Source: Bispira polyomma (lineage: Eukaryota). From it: 64,000 nt of DNA. The notes beneath the pieces were generated by a model. The model ran no database searches. It was not told the DNA's origin and worked only from the letters and a program-made list of their open reading frames with translations. This document shows, one piece after another, positions 1-14,635 of this stretch. The stretch lies in NCBI GenBank assembly GCA_965649765.1, contig OZ287748.1, positions 41,292,001 through 41,356,000 on the forward strand, given 5' to 3'. A program made the position numbers and the translations under genes. Every line of letters starts with the position of its first letter. Positions within the stretch are counted from its first letter, which is position 1.

Positions 1-2685
1 ATGTGCTTCGTGTTCGTGCAAGTCTTTCTTGTAAGCTTGATCAAAGGCTTCAAAGCAAATTTTGCAAACAAAGATTTTATCGAGCTGGTGTACAGTTCGT
101 AAATGGACACGGTACCTAGTGATTCCTTTCTTTTCGTAGGATTCGCAGTATGGACACTTGACAGTGACAAGTGACTCATCAACTTTCAGTGAATGCTGTT
201 CCCTGTTGTGTTTCCTCCACATCTGAGGGGAAGCAAAGAGTAGGTTACACGTCTGACAGTAAGGAGCACCGCCGTGGTCACAGAAAAATTCATGATCTGT
301 CTGACTGAACTTGGTGCAAAAAATCAAAGGACATTTACTGCAATGATGCATCTCAGTGATTTGATGCTGATCTGAAAAATGTTCCACAAAATCTTTGAAT
401 TCTACAAACTGTGAACCACAATATAAACAAGTTACACCAATCGTTTCTGTACTACCAGTAATTGGGTCTACATTGTTGGCTTCAGTGCCACCAGCTTTTG
501 CAGAATCATTAATAATCATATTGAAGCCAATCACAAATTGGTCTGGTTTCTGACTGGTCTTCGCCTTTCGACCACATGTAAAACACTGAGAACCCTGCAG
601 GTGGGCGTGCTGTTGACTCATGTGTTCATCAAGGCACTCTGCGGATATATACTGATGACACAAGAAGCAGCGAAGAACTTTGGACATGCAGTTGTGCAGG
701 TTCTTTGCACACATTAAACATCGGGATTTCTGTTGAGCGTTTTCATTGATTAGTCCATGCTCTATCTCTGGAATATCTTCAAGGACATGAGGAGCAGCCA
801 GTGAGCTGTACTGGTGTAAAGCTACGGTCAGAAAGGAGGAATCGGTAGAGGCTTCAATGGAACCTCCTTTTTTGACTACAGCTGAACCCTGCCCATAGAC
901 ACAGTACTTGTAATGTTTATCTCTCATAGCCACAGTTTTAAACACATCTTTGCAGGCTTTACAAGAAAACACGATCTTCACATTATGTTCATATCTGCAA
1001 TGCTTTCCAAACGTTGTTATTCCAGTACACTGTTCTGAACACAAAGAACACTCCAAGCGACATTTTGAGGATGTCAATGATTCAGATGCCTCATCTACAG
1101 CAGATGCCATGTCTGAGACGTGTTTACCAAGCACAAGCTCCACTTGAGATTTCTTGTTAGCTCCTTCCTTTGCAGAAACATCTTTGCATCTGAACATAAA
1201 ATGATACGTAGGGCTGTATTTATGACAAGATTGTATATGACTTAACAGTTCATCTTTTGACATAACCAGTAAGCACAGCATACATTCAACATGTTCACCT
1301 GAACATCCAGGCCCACACTTCATACATTCTGCGATCTTAACTCTTGGATTTCCCTGGATTTCTACAGGAGTTTTGCTGGCTATGTCCCCTGTCTTTCTGA
1401 TATCCTCATGTTCCGTACGAACATGGATCCACAAAGATTTCAGCCCATCCAAAACTTTAAAGCACTGATCACATTTCATAGGTTCTCCGCCAGTGCAGAA
1501 ATGTTTATGTTCCCTTTTGGTGCCTGGATTTTTAAACACGTCCCCACAGGTTTCACACATGTAACACTTAGGTATCTCATGGTCATTTGCTAAATGTTCC
1601 CTCATTGCCTCAGCTGCATTTTCTCTGCACTTACAGATAGAGCACTGAAAAGTTGTAGATCTGTCCACACTGTCATCTGTCTTGGCATATATCTTCTCTG
1701 CTACAACACGATCTCTCAACTCCCCCAGAACTGCAGAATTGTGCCTGTAACCACAAGACATCCAGCAGCTGACATGACCATAAAATGGATGCTCAAGTGC
1801 CATATGGTCTCTCATATTGTCCCTTGGCAGTCTCTCTAAGCACAGTAAACACTTTACAAAAGCAGCTGAACACTGCAACCCGCACGACATGCACTTGATG
1901 ACTAAATCCTCATTCATTACTGGTACAACCGTCTGTTCAGGATCCTTCGATTCCATATCCTTCCTTCCCACTGTTATTTTCTTGCTTTCTTTTGACTTCT
2001 TTTCCAGCATCTTCAGTTTTTGGAGAACTGCACGAGAGATTTTGTGTATCTTCCGTGGAGAGGGTATATCTCCACCAATCTCAGCTGGTTCCTCAGTACC
2101 AGCAGTTGTATTGTCTTCTGATAATAATTCCTTTGTAACAGTCTGTGTTTCATCAGTTTCTTCAATACCAGCATCTTCAGTCTTTATGTCAATATTGATT
2201 TCTCGACAAACCTGTGTTGCGTTACACCACATCTTGTCAACACTTTTTAGGTCATTGACATCCTCTGGATCTTCAGCAACATCGCCTTCATAAGAGACTG
2301 TTGGAACGTTTTCAAGTATGTTATCCTTTGTTTTTGATAGTTCCTCATCAACACACATACTTCTGTCCACATCTGTTTCATCAAGGTTTACTTCCACAAC
2401 TGACTGGCATGCATAGTCATCTTTAACAAGCTGTTTTCTGCCAACCCTAGTTTTTTTTCGGATGCTCCTGTTATCAATGAGAAAATGATTCAGTTCCTTT
2501 GGCATTGTTCTTTTCCGCTTGGGCCTGATGTAAATAAGTTTCTGCGATTCAGTGGGGCTTGTTTCCCCAGTCTTTTGTGCGGTACCTATGGCTGCACACT
2601 CAGGGTTGTCTTCAGTTTCTGTTGTAGAAGCAACATCACTATTTTCCTCCATTTTTATCTTTCCTGGTGACATAACCTCTGCTGG
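1..2685 (-). CDS. BTB-zinc finger gene, large third coding exon (acidic/basic linker plus multiple C2H2-like fingers); continues beyond the window start
   Basis: Acceptor tttttgtag|CCAGCAGAG at 2685, phase 0. Spot translations in this frame give PAEVMSPGKIKMEE..., IRPKRKRT (NLS-like), and near the edge VKCPYCESYEKKGITRYRVHLRTVH and FVCKICFEAFDQAYKKDLHEHEAH (C2H2 spacing). It is probably absent from the ORF track because no stop falls inside the window. Confidence 0.88.
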
Positions 2686-3497
2686 CTACAAAAATATAAA
2701 TTCAAAGAAAAATTTTATATTTTGAACAATTACAAATACAGTGTTTCCAATGACCAATATTAGTGTTCTTCCATATTGTCTCAGCCCCGGCTGTCTTTTC
2801 CTATAACAAGTTGTTGAAGTTGTCTAGTAAAGCTTTGATGTGACTTTGTTTGCTGTCATGAGACCTCTGCAACCTCCCATTCAGTGTTATCACCCCCTTG
2901 GTTATTAATCATTAAGTTTGGTTTCTGAAACCACATCACCAACAAAATCATGTCACTGTATTATAAAAATCTAAAACTACTTGGGGGGAAAAGTCACAGT
3001 CCTAACAAATTTATGTGCAACAGCAATTCAGTTCACAGTCTAAATCACTATATAATTTTCTTCTAACCATAATTCTATTAATTAATAATTATACTAAATT
3101 CCAACATTTCTTTGTAATTTTATTACATTTAAAAGGGTTTATCTATGACTAAGACAACTTAGATTTGATATATTGAGATTGCTTCTAATTTTGACCAACA
3201 TGAGATGAGAAGCATATTTTTTTTATTCATTTAAGGTTATAGGTTATACATCATATGCAATTTACAAATAGATTTCAGTAAGAATACATTTGCACTAATT
3301 GACAATAATGATGAGGTAGAGCAAGATAAAATTAATTTTTAAATTATTCTTGTATCAGCATTTATATGTACAAAGAATACAGCTTTTCACATTAAATTTT
3401 CATTGTGACAAAATTATATTCACTAGATTTATAGTTCTTCCATAGGTAAAGATATACTACACTGTTAGTAGTATAATGGTGACTATTAATAACTTAC

Positions 3498-3805
3498 CTC
3501 GTAAGTTGTTAATGTATTATCTTTTTGTTGGGAATCAAGTACTACCCATTTTATACTTGTTACATCATCCTCTACTTTTTGCACTTCTTCCATTTTAATG
3601 TCACCATCCACACTGCAGAGCCATTTGCCTAGTTCCTGTTTCAATATGGGATGTAACTGTAGCAACTCTGCGCTTTTGGTGTATGCAAGTGGACTGAGGG
3701 GTTTTATGGGTGATTTCAAAATGTGCATAGTGCCAGAATAGATAAGGTCCAAGAGAACACCTAGGACATCACTCTGAATGTCTGGAAAACTGAGGGTGGT
3801 ATTTC
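3498..3805 (-). CDS. BTB-zinc finger gene, second coding exon (C-terminal half of the BTB/POZ domain)
   Basis: Acceptor ttttag|GA at 3805 and donor GAG|gtaagt at 3498; 308 nt, phase 1 to 0. Encodes FPDIQSDVLGVLLDLIYSGTM...AELLQL, which is BTB-like. Confidence 0.85.
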
Positions 3806-3838
3806 CTAAAAGAGTAAGGCACAGTACAGTTATGCAAA

Positions 3839-3997
3839 CAGTCAAACCCCTGTAAGAAGCAATCTGATAAGTTGAAAAACCTGTATAGTAGAAGTTATTT
3901 CAAGGTCTCGCTGCTATATTTCAAATTTAAGTTTACCCTGTTAAGTAGAATTTCTGTTAAGTATTAGAAATATTTATGGTCCCTTCAGATTTGACTG
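3839..3997. mobile_element. Short non-autonomous DNA transposon (MITE, CAGT-ended family)
   Basis: Termini cagtcaaac...atttgactg followed by TA. Related copies lie at 38549-38723, about 39508-39631, about 34853-34998 and about 55441-55600. Confidence 0.55.
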
Positions 3998-4192
3998 TAT
4001 TACATAACTAAAACACTGATAAAACATTTACAGCTTTTTTTCACAGGAGGTATACCTAATTAAATTTAAGAATATTGAACTTAAGTTTTATCTTGGTAGA
4101 AATTGAGAATGTGAAAAGTTGAAAATAGGTATCCAGAAATTTTCCATATATATTTCCGCAACCACTGGATCTATACATATATAAACTAGTAC

Positions 4193-4361
4193 CTTGTAAA
4201 ACAAGTTCCATGATTACAGGACTTGCAACAGCTATGACCAATGAATGTACAGCAAACTGAGTAGTGTCTCCAGATATAAATGTCATGTCACACAGCTTCC
4301 CATCATTCCTTAACATTCTGAATGCTTCCAGCATAGAAATCTCCCAATACTCTGTTGCCAT
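4193..4361 (-). CDS. BTB-zinc finger gene, first coding exon (N-terminal half of the BTB/POZ domain)
   Basis: ATG at 4361, acceptor ttctttcag at 4391 and donor CAAG|gtacta at 4193. Encodes LRNDGKLCDMTFISGDTTQFAVHSLVIAVASP, the classic BTB start. Confidence 0.85.
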
Positions 4362-7305
4362 GGTCAAGATAATCTCCTTTGGGATATTTATCTGAAAGAA
4401 AGGGGGCAACTTTTACCAACTTCTGCACAGTTGGGTTCCAGCATAAATAGATCTATAAATCATTATTTTTGCAAAAATTCAACTTTAGAGAATAACAGTT
4501 AATTTTACAATTTACATAGGTAAGTTTAATAAATAAGAACTTATGGCTAGAATTTGTAACTAATAATAGTTAATTTCACAATTGACATTATGTTGGTTTA
4601 ATAAATAAGAACACATGGCTCTTATTTGTAATTAGTGCATAATTACAGCACTGTTAAGAACTGAAGATTGTGTCTGTGCATACAGTAACGTTATCGTGAG
4701 TGCTCCAGTTGTGATAACAGTAAATACAGTGTAGTCCCTCAGTCCCCACCACTAGCTTTATTTGTAAATATAAATCACATGTACTGAAGACATTAGCCTC
4801 AATTTCAATTTTAGAAATATGTCCTTCTCATTGGATTGGTATTACATCAAAAATATTGAAATCTACTCCATATGGATAATTGATACAACTTTTCAATTAT
4901 TTGACTCACTCAGCAATATATATAGTCAATAGAAGGGATCGTTTTTGGAAAAGATCGATTTTAAGGGTGTCTGGATTTGCAAGGGGTGACTAGTCCAGGG
5001 ACCATATTCGTAAAAGATCTCCAGGTCAGTCTTAAATTTGAATATGTCCTGATAGGGTGATCTTGAGGGGCTATAAAGGTAAACACTGAAATTCGCTGAC
5101 AAGATATTATGCTGAGTTTACGAATTTTAATTTTAGTATATATATCTAATATAAAAGCCTTAAAATGGTTCTTTAGTGACCGTTTTAAACAGATTTATAC
5201 ACAAATATCATTTGAAACTTTATTATTTTGTTGAGCAGCCCTGACGATTCTTGTATTGTGACGTCACACAATTTAAAATCTATGGTGGAATGTCATATTT
5301 GTAAACAAATCTCACAGAGGCCTTTCTATTGTGACATATTATGGATATTGATCCAGCATATATCACTACATTATGTACACCAGCTTACTTTAGAAAACAT
5401 GTAAATTATTTTGAATGATTTTTTTTTAAAATATATTTCTATACTTTATGGAAAAATGTGAATATAACTTAATGTTCACTTTGCACTATATTACCTCTGT
5501 GTATTTCCAAAATAACAGAGTTTATTGAATTTTATTGAAAAAGTAAATCTAACAAAATAATGCTGAAGTGTTTGTTAAGCTTGTGGTGTGCAATATTGTA
5601 GTATTGATTTCTTATATGTATTTCTTTGTGTCACATTTGTGAAGGGTGTACTCAGACAAACATCTATATTTTTCTTACAAACTTGCATCTTTTTATATGT
5701 AATATATGTAATATGGGTTGCTGATAAATTGTTAAAATGGATGTTAAAATTCATAAAACAGAACTTGAATTGCTATTAAATCCCTTCTGTATCTTTTTTA
5801 TTCTCCATAAGTTAAAAATTAAAATGAGAAATTGACTTTGAGGCCTGCCTAACAAAGTAATGTATGTTTCAAGACAGTTTTTTATTGATAACATGGTTTA
5901 GCAGCGATCGTTTTTTGTGTTTATGTTACTAGCCCCTAAAGTAAATCTCATTGCATATTTCAATTCAGCAATGAAATCTGTTAAAATGAATGGTCACAAG
6001 TATAGAAATATGAAGAAATATTTATTTCAAATTTATAATTTTCAGAAATGTAAACATGTATGTGGAGCCAATATCTACAAGCCAATATCACAATATCAAT
6101 ATAGTTTTGATGTAGTGTCTTAAAACCCATCTCTTTAAGCTTCTTTACCCTCTATGGACATTTTCCTTCTTCATGCTGCCTCTAGGATCACAAACTTGCG
6201 TTACTAAGGACTATGATTTTCACCATATCATTAAAGTTGTTGCACTTTAGAAGATGCCTGGCATCAATTAGTCACATTAAAAATGTATCATATCATCAAC
6301 ATACCCTTGTTTGGGGATTTTTTGTGTGACTTACATTTTTGTGGTAGATGTTTATATGATGACTATTTATGTAAAAACAATGAATTATAATTGAACAATA
6401 TTAAGTGGTACACCGCAATTAACAAACACAACAGATGTTTATATAACAAACACAACAGATGTTTATATTTTACCAAGTGCTACAAAATAATTTAAAGAAC
6501 ATACTGCTGCTTAATTTACGTCTGCCACAAAAAGGTAAATGACACAATATTTGCAAATATTTATAAGGCGGTAATCGATTGATATATCATTAATGGTCTG
6601 CCACCACTACTATAAGGATTTCTACTGCCTTATTAGACATTTTCGCCATCGGCAAAATTTACATCATTTTAATCAAAGGAAAAACATGGAAATTACATCA
6701 ACTATTATTACACAACAGGTCAATATATAACAACACTACCAAAGCAAGCTTACAGTATGGTTGTGCAATGTTATTTCGACGTATTATACAGATTTACGGC
6801 ATATCACATTTCCACTCCTTATTAAATATTTACATTGTCATTAAAGCCAATTTAATTAAATAAAATATTTTTCATTGAATGTCCGTTTGCCTATTAACAT
6901 AGTTATAGTAAATTAATAATGTCAAAAACGCTGGATGGTCCTGCCATCGATTTGCGCCAAATCTTAAATTCCAACTTTCATATCTGCCATTTTATTGTTG
7001 ATAAGGGCACTTTATTGAATCGACGTAATCGAGAAAATGTATAATTTATTAACTTATTGTCTTATATTATACATATTTGTTTTGATAAATATCTTACATG
7101 TACACATCTATTCACGCCTATATGATCAATGATAAAATACTGCCTTATATATGCACAAGTTCTATAGTTTCTAAAGCACTCTCCAGATGGCAGCAAATAC
7201 GAAAACAATAAAGTAAATAAACAAATCTAAAAATGGCTACCCGTATATAAACTTGAATATCTCCGTCATTTCTCAACAGATTTGGATGCAACAAAAAGCA
7301 CTGTA

Positions 7306-7979
7306 CTGCCTTGTGAGGCATTATCGGCAGGTTTTGCTGTAAAAGTGCTTTTATTTTGAAAACGAAGCATTGAAAAAATTATCAAATTACATACATTAAT
7401 GAATGAGACCTGAAGATATATTATGCTTTATTTGTTTGAAGTTTTTTTTTGTAAAAAGACAATATTTTAGGGTAGAATATTTATTTATCGCTCACTTCTC
7501 CCGTTTGTAAACAATAGATATTATCGGCAACAGAAATGACCAGCCACGTGTATGTGAGAGACAATGAAAAAATTTTATGCAAATTAGGTCGGCTATCATC
7601 GGAGAGAGCACCGGGAAGTACCGACTTCCATATAAGGAAATTTACTCGTCTTCGGCAAATGACTCGGCCAGAAGCGCCAACGATGTGCTACATATTGTTT
7701 TATGAACAACGAAAATGACACCACGTACATGAGCTAGTTATTAGTTTATTTTAATTATTATGTTATAGGTGCTCATATTTTATGAAAAAGGTTAGCAATC
7801 CTTTAAAAGTTGTCTTTATGGTAATATATTCATATATCGCCGAGTGTGTACGTGACACACTTCGGTTCTTTTCTTCGTCAATTTCCGTTTGTCTTCGGTT
7901 CAAAACATGACCTTAACACTACGAGTAAACTTCTGTGATGCCGATAATGTCTTCTTGCCGATAATACCTTGCAAGGCAG
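7306..7979. mobile_element. Non-autonomous TIR DNA transposon of about 670 bp with a TA target duplication
   Basis: Left end ta|ctgccttgtgaggcattatcggca and right end tgccgataataccttgcaaggcag|ta form an imperfect inverted repeat of about 25 bp. No transposase ORF is present. Confidence 0.7.
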
Positions 7980-10343
7980 TATAATCGCAATAAAATAAGC
8001 TTACTCACCATATTTTTAGAACATTTTTAGCTTTAGTAATTTCTGAGTTATTAATACATTATCAGCAATTTGAATTTATACGTCGAAGTTATATATGCAT
8101 CGAAATAACATAAGAAGACCATACTGAGTAATGTTGTCAATTTTAAGGGAAAATTTAATGACGAAAATATCTGGCAAGGCAGTAGCCAGTATTCACCAAC
8201 AGACTTAGCCAAGTCTTAAATCTAGCACAAACGTATACTAGATTTAATGATTTAGCTGAGCCCGTTAGTGAAAACGGGCCCTGACTTTGAAAAGTATGGT
8301 ACGGACCGTATAGTAGGCGATAAATGGGGAAAAGTGATACAATTACAATCCAACGCACCCATCCCACAATCAATTACAAAAAATTAAAGCCTACTAATAG
8401 TTGATCGTGACATATAAATATATAGTGTAGCTAACATTGCATCCCACGGTACATAAGTAACAGAAAACAAAATAAAAACAAAAAGCAAATAATTGGGTAC
8501 CTTCTAAAACTCGGAGGTGGAACTGGTTTCTTCTAAAACTTGGAGGTGATCGCCTCCGTTACGGAGACTACTGCACTTTATACAAGGTTAAAAAGAATCG
8601 ACCAACATCGCCTAAATCCACAGAGGTAGATTGAAAATCGTCTAAATCTTGGGAGGCAGTAAAGGGTATAATCTCTTGGGATAATTTATAAGCCCCACCT
8701 TTCACAATACATTGGCTGAATATAATTTAGTTTATGTATACTTGCCAGTATTTTTTTATCTCTATTAATTAATACCTGATTTATACAATTTTGTACCATC
8801 TGGATCTGTTTCCACTTGTATATGGACATTATGGAGTCATTAGGTCCCACTTTAACTTACAATATCTCAGTGATTATTGAAGGGTTTTCTTATTCTGTAA
8901 AAACTAGTGGGCAAATCTAAAATATAATTTGGGATTTATTTCTGCATGTAAAATAAATTTCTTGTATAACATGCATTTTAACATAATAGGCAAATTCAAA
9001 CTTCTTTTATGTATGTTTGTCAAGACTATGATCCTTAACATGAAAGGATAATTAAATCTTGCTTAACTTTTTTGATGAGGATTTCTGTTAGTCAAAGAAT
9101 CGAATCTCATGAGACAGAAATAATTGCAATCACCTTTAAACTTTAAAGTGGTACCCAATTATGAGGGTATACCCTGCATCAGCACTTCTAATCACCTAAT
9201 TAGATATTTAAAGCTTGCATAACTTCTTTAATGAGGATTTTTGTTCATTATTCACATAATGAGACATCATATGGATGAAAAAGACTTAATGTGGCTAGTT
9301 AATCATCGCTTGTAAAATAATGAGACAATTCAGTAAATACTTGAACTTACTCTACCCAAAAAACAGTAAGTACGCTTCTTTTTTAGGGATTACACGTATT
9401 TACTGATTTTAATATTTATTGTAACATATACAAAGTAAATGTAAACATTAAAGTGACCGAGGCCAAGGGTAGGCCGAAAAGCATTTTACAATTATATGAA
9501 TACATATTTTACACATATAGTTTTTATGAACACATATTTTCGTTACATTCATTTTTATTATAATTTAAAGAAATCTTTTAACAGTGATAATGTATGCCAT
9601 TAAAATAATTTAAGGAATTCTTTCAACAGTGATAATATATGCCAAGTACATATGTACTGAGGGATGTTCACTTAGATTTATTTGACCATACAGTGGTTAA
9701 CCTTTTACAATATAATACTTGAATCATAAACTTATTATAAAGACGATTTTAACTAAGTTTAATAATATAGCTACACTCCATGTAAACATATAAGTTACTC
9801 TTCTATTTTTAATAAAAACCTATCAGTCACCACACTCCAATTTTCAAGTAGACCTCTACGTATTTTACTTGGAGAAGTGAGGTAGTTGAACCAGTGTTCA
9901 TATATGTTGTGTGTACGGCATAACAAAACAGACTTTATAAGCTATAGTTTATATTAACCTAATATATATTTAGTTAAGGAATTAATAACATAATAAAAGA
10001 CATTCTTTTTTATAAAGTCTGTGGGTACACAACCTCAGCCAGAGTTTAGATTAAAAGACTGACTGTAGTGATTTTATAAGGTAGTATTTATAGGAGGTCA
10101 TTGTACTTCTTGTAGTTTATACAGTTTTTGAGATAGGAATATAATTTGACCAATTGCCTTCCTCATGATATTATGAATTGTTGTTTAATGGCATGTTATT
10201 GTCTTTACTATCTTCTCTCTGTCTTTTTTGGTGACCTCCCTGTCTCCATGATATGACATAGTGTCTCTTTTGGACCCTCGTTATTATTTAAAGAGCGGTT
10301 TAAATATCCAACAATTTAACTTTGTTCCTTCCTCTCCTCTGAA

Positions 10344-10598
10344 GGGGTTGCGGTGGCCTTGTGGTTAGCAAGCATTGTGCTTCAAAATCACTGGTCTCTC
10401 ACCTATGGAGATCAAACGGTCGGGAGTTCAACTCCCGTCAATGTCTATGTGGGAAAGGTGGTAGTTCCTTACTGTAGGCTGCTGGTTTCAGTGCAGAACC
10501 TTGACCAACTGTATGCAGTGTTTCTTCCAGTGTTCCAACTACCTGTCCGAGTATAACCGAATTAAAGGTACTAGAGTGGACGTTAAATATCCAAATTC
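10344..10598 (+). mobile_element. tRNA-derived SINE
   Basis: Starts ggggttgcggtggccttgtggttag (A-box-like) and contains gagttcaactccc (B-box-like). It is collinear along its whole length with the inverted copy at 33310-33560. Confidence 0.8.
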
Positions 10599-12619
10599 GC
10601 CAAATTTTGGCATAGGGGATGTTTGCCTTTGTCATACCATTGTGCCTGAAAATCATATTGCAGCATAGTACAATATTTATGCTGTATTCACAGTGTGTAT
10701 TGCAAAATTTTGGATCATATTCGCGCAATACATTTGCAAAAAAAAAAAGCGACACCGACCTAGTATTGGGTGAATATTCTTCTAGTAATGCCCTTTGTGC
10801 TGATGATAATTAAATCTATAATTGTACAAGGTATCACTAACAGTTTTAAATAATAAAATTCACCAATCTCACATTTACAGTGTCACAATGTACTCTTTAT
10901 GTGTTGTAATACAAATTTAGAGCCCATAACGTCCTCATTCACACCTGTAATGTGCTGTGTTTCACTTCGCATTTGTTTTGATCTGGTCGTTTTTACCTCA
11001 TGTATATGCATCCATTTGTTTGTTTGTATAATTTAAATATATTAAAGTTAACCTATTGTTGAATAAAGTTATAAACCCTAATTTAGATAATATATTTATA
11101 GTATTATATTTCTAATCTTTGTACAACACAATATATAACAAATTGGAAGTAAATGAAAAAGAACAATTCAGAAATGTATTTTCACTTTTATATCTACAAG
11201 CAATACACAACATAAAAGAAGAAGTATTAAATAATAATTCAGGTAGCAAATCTATTACATTTAGAAATATATCAAAGAAATATTTATAGTTTGAGCTGAT
11301 ATCAGCTCTTAGTCTTATGGTGTCACAATGTACTTTTTTTATGTTTCCCAATTCTGTATTACAGTCTACAATGTCCTTAGTAAGATTATTTGAGGAGTGC
11401 AGTGAATTCCATAAAATTGAATTAAAGAGCATGTTTAGTAGAGTCTAAAAGATTAAACTATGTATATGGGCTACTGTTTTGTTACTGTTATACTTTTATG
11501 TACATGTAATTCTATAAATATCTCATATCCCTTTGTACAAGGCAATGTTAGTGCATAGTCTGACTACAATTTGATTTTGAGTCTGTAACCTTGGCATTAA
11601 ATATTTTATTCAAAAAGGTCATTTATAAACTTCAATTTGTGAATATAGATAATTATTTGTTGTAGTCCTTGATATTTGTTTCTTCTTAAAATTATAGGAA
11701 GCATTACCATCCTTCTTTCCAATCCAAACAAAATAACTAGTGGTTAGACGGGTCTTTCACCAATCTTGGTTCGATTGCCATAGGTCATTGGTTTAAATTG
11801 CTTCAGCACTAATTTCTTTTACCATTAAATCTGGCCATCATGATATGACTTAAGCTGTTAAAAGCGACGTAAAACTCAACTAACGGTAAAAGTACAAAGT
11901 GCATTTGAAAAGAGAGGCTCAACCCAAACTAATATCATCAAAAGGTCAAAGGTCAAAACTATATCCCTTGAACATTAAAATGTTCAAGATTAATTATGGT
12001 GCTTTGAAGTTCAACCATTAACCAAGAAGACAAATAATTAAATATAAAGAATTATATTTTAGATGGTATGCCTTTAACATGCTGTTCATCAATATAAAGT
12101 AAAAATACAGTGCACATGTAGTTCATAAAAAAAAAACAGAAATCTGAATAAAGAATTTTATTAATTCAAAAATATATAACTTATGATCACAATTACTTTA
12201 TACTCAAAATGAAGGAAAATGGGTTTTATGATTATATTATGTAGCGTTTTTTACATAACCAAAATATTATGAATAATAAGTTGCTGCTTGCTGTTTAAAA
12301 ACCATAATAATAAGAAACCAAACTATGTCACATTATGCCTGCAACAACAGATTTAATTTAATATAATATCTCTGGCCAGAAAAAGATAAAGTTTAAAAAG
12401 TTAAAAATATCTTATTATCGAAAGATATGTTATACAGAGACAAGCAATATATGCTGGTTGTTATATGTGTAACCCTTATCCCGGTAATTACAAAAGAGTT
12501 TAACATTAAATATATCACACACTTAGAAGGCATACTTATATTTAATTACAGTGTACAGGTTTCTGAGTATTAAATACTGAAGATATGAAAACACCTCAGT
12601 TGTAATTAATAGTTTACGA

Positions 12620-12795
12620 TGCTATACATCTTTGGTCAAGCATTAAAAGATAATCAGATCACTTGGTAAGACATTAAAAATAATATCACATCACTTGGTC
12701 AGGCATTAGGAATAATATCACATCACTTGGTCAGGCATTATATAATATTATTACATCTCTTGGTCAGTCATTTTGAAACATTATTACATCTCTTG
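12620..12795. repeat. Degenerate minisatellite, unit about 35 bp, about 5 copies
   Basis: Recurrent catcacttggtcaggcatta...taatatca. Confidence 0.7.
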
Positions 12796-13292
12796 ATCCT
12801 GTTCCTGTGTCAATTAGTATTTGTATATAATATATTTGCTACTTTGCAACTATGTCATTGATGGACGAGTTATTTACAAAATTATTTTAAAATAATTCCT
12901 TGTTTACATCATTTTATGATGTATATAAGCAATATTATTATTTTGTTGTTCATGTGTTTTTCTGAGAGTTGTCACTTGGCACAGTTCCATGGATGCTGAT
13001 GTAATAGTATGATCTTTAGAGGGTCAGTTTCTTCCGGCAACAGTAGGATTATAAACTATTTTTTAGTAAAGTGAGGAAAGTTGCATCTATTTTTATTGAA
13101 ATAGATTTGTCAGACACTTGTATAAGAGTATCAACAATATTTTCTAAAAAAATTGTATGTAACATAACTTTCTGTATTGTATACTAAATTATTAGCTGAT
13201 TGTCAAAACACCATCCGCTACATATCTGGGTGGCATTTCAAAACAGGTACCAACATGGCACTTAACATAAGTTACTCCTAAATTGACTAATA

Positions 13293-13401
13293 CAGTAGAA
13301 CCTCTATTGTCTGAACATATTAGGAGAGCCATGTTTTGTTTATATAATAGAAGGATAATAGGAAAACATAAATTTGCGAGAGTGACATTGAGGTTCTACT
13401 G
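13293..13401. mobile_element. 109-bp MITE with a perfect 12-bp TIR and TA flanks
   Basis: ta|cagtagaacctc ... gaggttctactg|ta. Confidence 0.75.
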
Positions 13402-14635
13402 TACTAGCTTACAAAAAACATCATTTTCATGGTAATTCCTGCTCAAAACATTTCATTTTTCCTTTCATAATATTGCAAACAGAAGGGTACAAAGGATACA
13501 TAATATTATATTGATCATAAAAAATGCTTATACATCAAAGATGCAATTAAGTAGTTAATAACTTAAGCTAAACATCTACAATATTATTAACTTGTGTGTT
13601 TATAAGGCGTTGCAAGCATTTAAGGCCACAATTTTTGGTGTTGATTGAAACATTGGGCTCTAGAAAATACTTATCTTAACTTCCAAATATACGGTAAGTG
13701 TTTTCGTTCATAAAGATGGCCATTTGTGACTTAATATTCTGCTTCTGCTATATGTGTCAGACAACATGCAAATTATGGGTAAATAATATCAGCTTGGTAA
13801 TTCACTGTCATAATTTATCTATTCATTTTGTCACAAAAGTATGGTTTTCTTTCTTCAAATACATACCTGTGGCATGGGCAGCTTGGAGTTAAAAATTACA
13901 AAAAAATTAATAATATAATCATGTTTGTTACACAGGTGTCGGAATGAGTATAAATTGATAGTGATTGCTCGTATGTGTAGTTATATTGATTTTTATTCAA
14001 CGTTTTGGTGCACTTTTGTTCACCATATTATCCCTGTTATTTACATTTCACACAAAACCCTTCACTAATTTGTAAGCAGTGAATACAAAATATACATTGA
14101 TTTTAATTAATATTTTAGTTCACTTTTGTTAACCCCATTATACCTGTAATATACATTTCACACAAATGTCTTGTATATCAAAATATATACTATTTAAAAT
14201 AACAGAACAAAATCTATGTCTTTTATGTCAAAATAACTTTTCACTGTAAAACAATTTTTTAAATTAAAAACCCAGTTAGATTTCTTCATTTTTCTTATTT
14301 CATAAGTCATGTTATATGTTATAATGGATACGAGTTGATCTTCTGGTTTGGGCTGGTAACAACAATAGACTCTGTATATGTCAAAAGTTTAAGATCCAAA
14401 AAAACATTTGGTTCTAGTTATGGCTTACTTCCACTTGTACTTGAATTTAAACTAATATTTGGGAATTTGAGGAATATAAAATTGGTCGTAGCGCTACAGA
14501 AATTCAACTTATACATTTGGTTTGTGTCAGGGAGTATATCACTGTCAAAAGATTCTTCAAATTTAAAACAAAAAATATTCAGACTTTTTTCACTTGTCCT
14601 ACTCTTCATCTCCCACCACATGTGTATCAGAGAGT

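Noticed and set aside
950-2670. Plus-strand ORFs of 61-158 aa
   Set aside because: They are antisense shadows of the zinc-finger exon and have no motifs of their own.
5256-5270. CRE-like palindrome tgtgacgtcaca as a promoter element
   Set aside because: It is a single short motif in repeat-like sequence, and the TSS is unknown.
8000-8012. Possible donor (ATG|gtgagt on the minus strand) of a first exon of the BTB-zinc finger gene
   Set aside because: It is plausible but unsupported. The flanks look repeat-derived and no transcript evidence is available.
10344-10440. Possible tRNA gene
   Set aside because: It has A/B boxes but no convincing cloverleaf, continues into a shared 250-bp body, and the second copy has a TSD. 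It is a SINE head.
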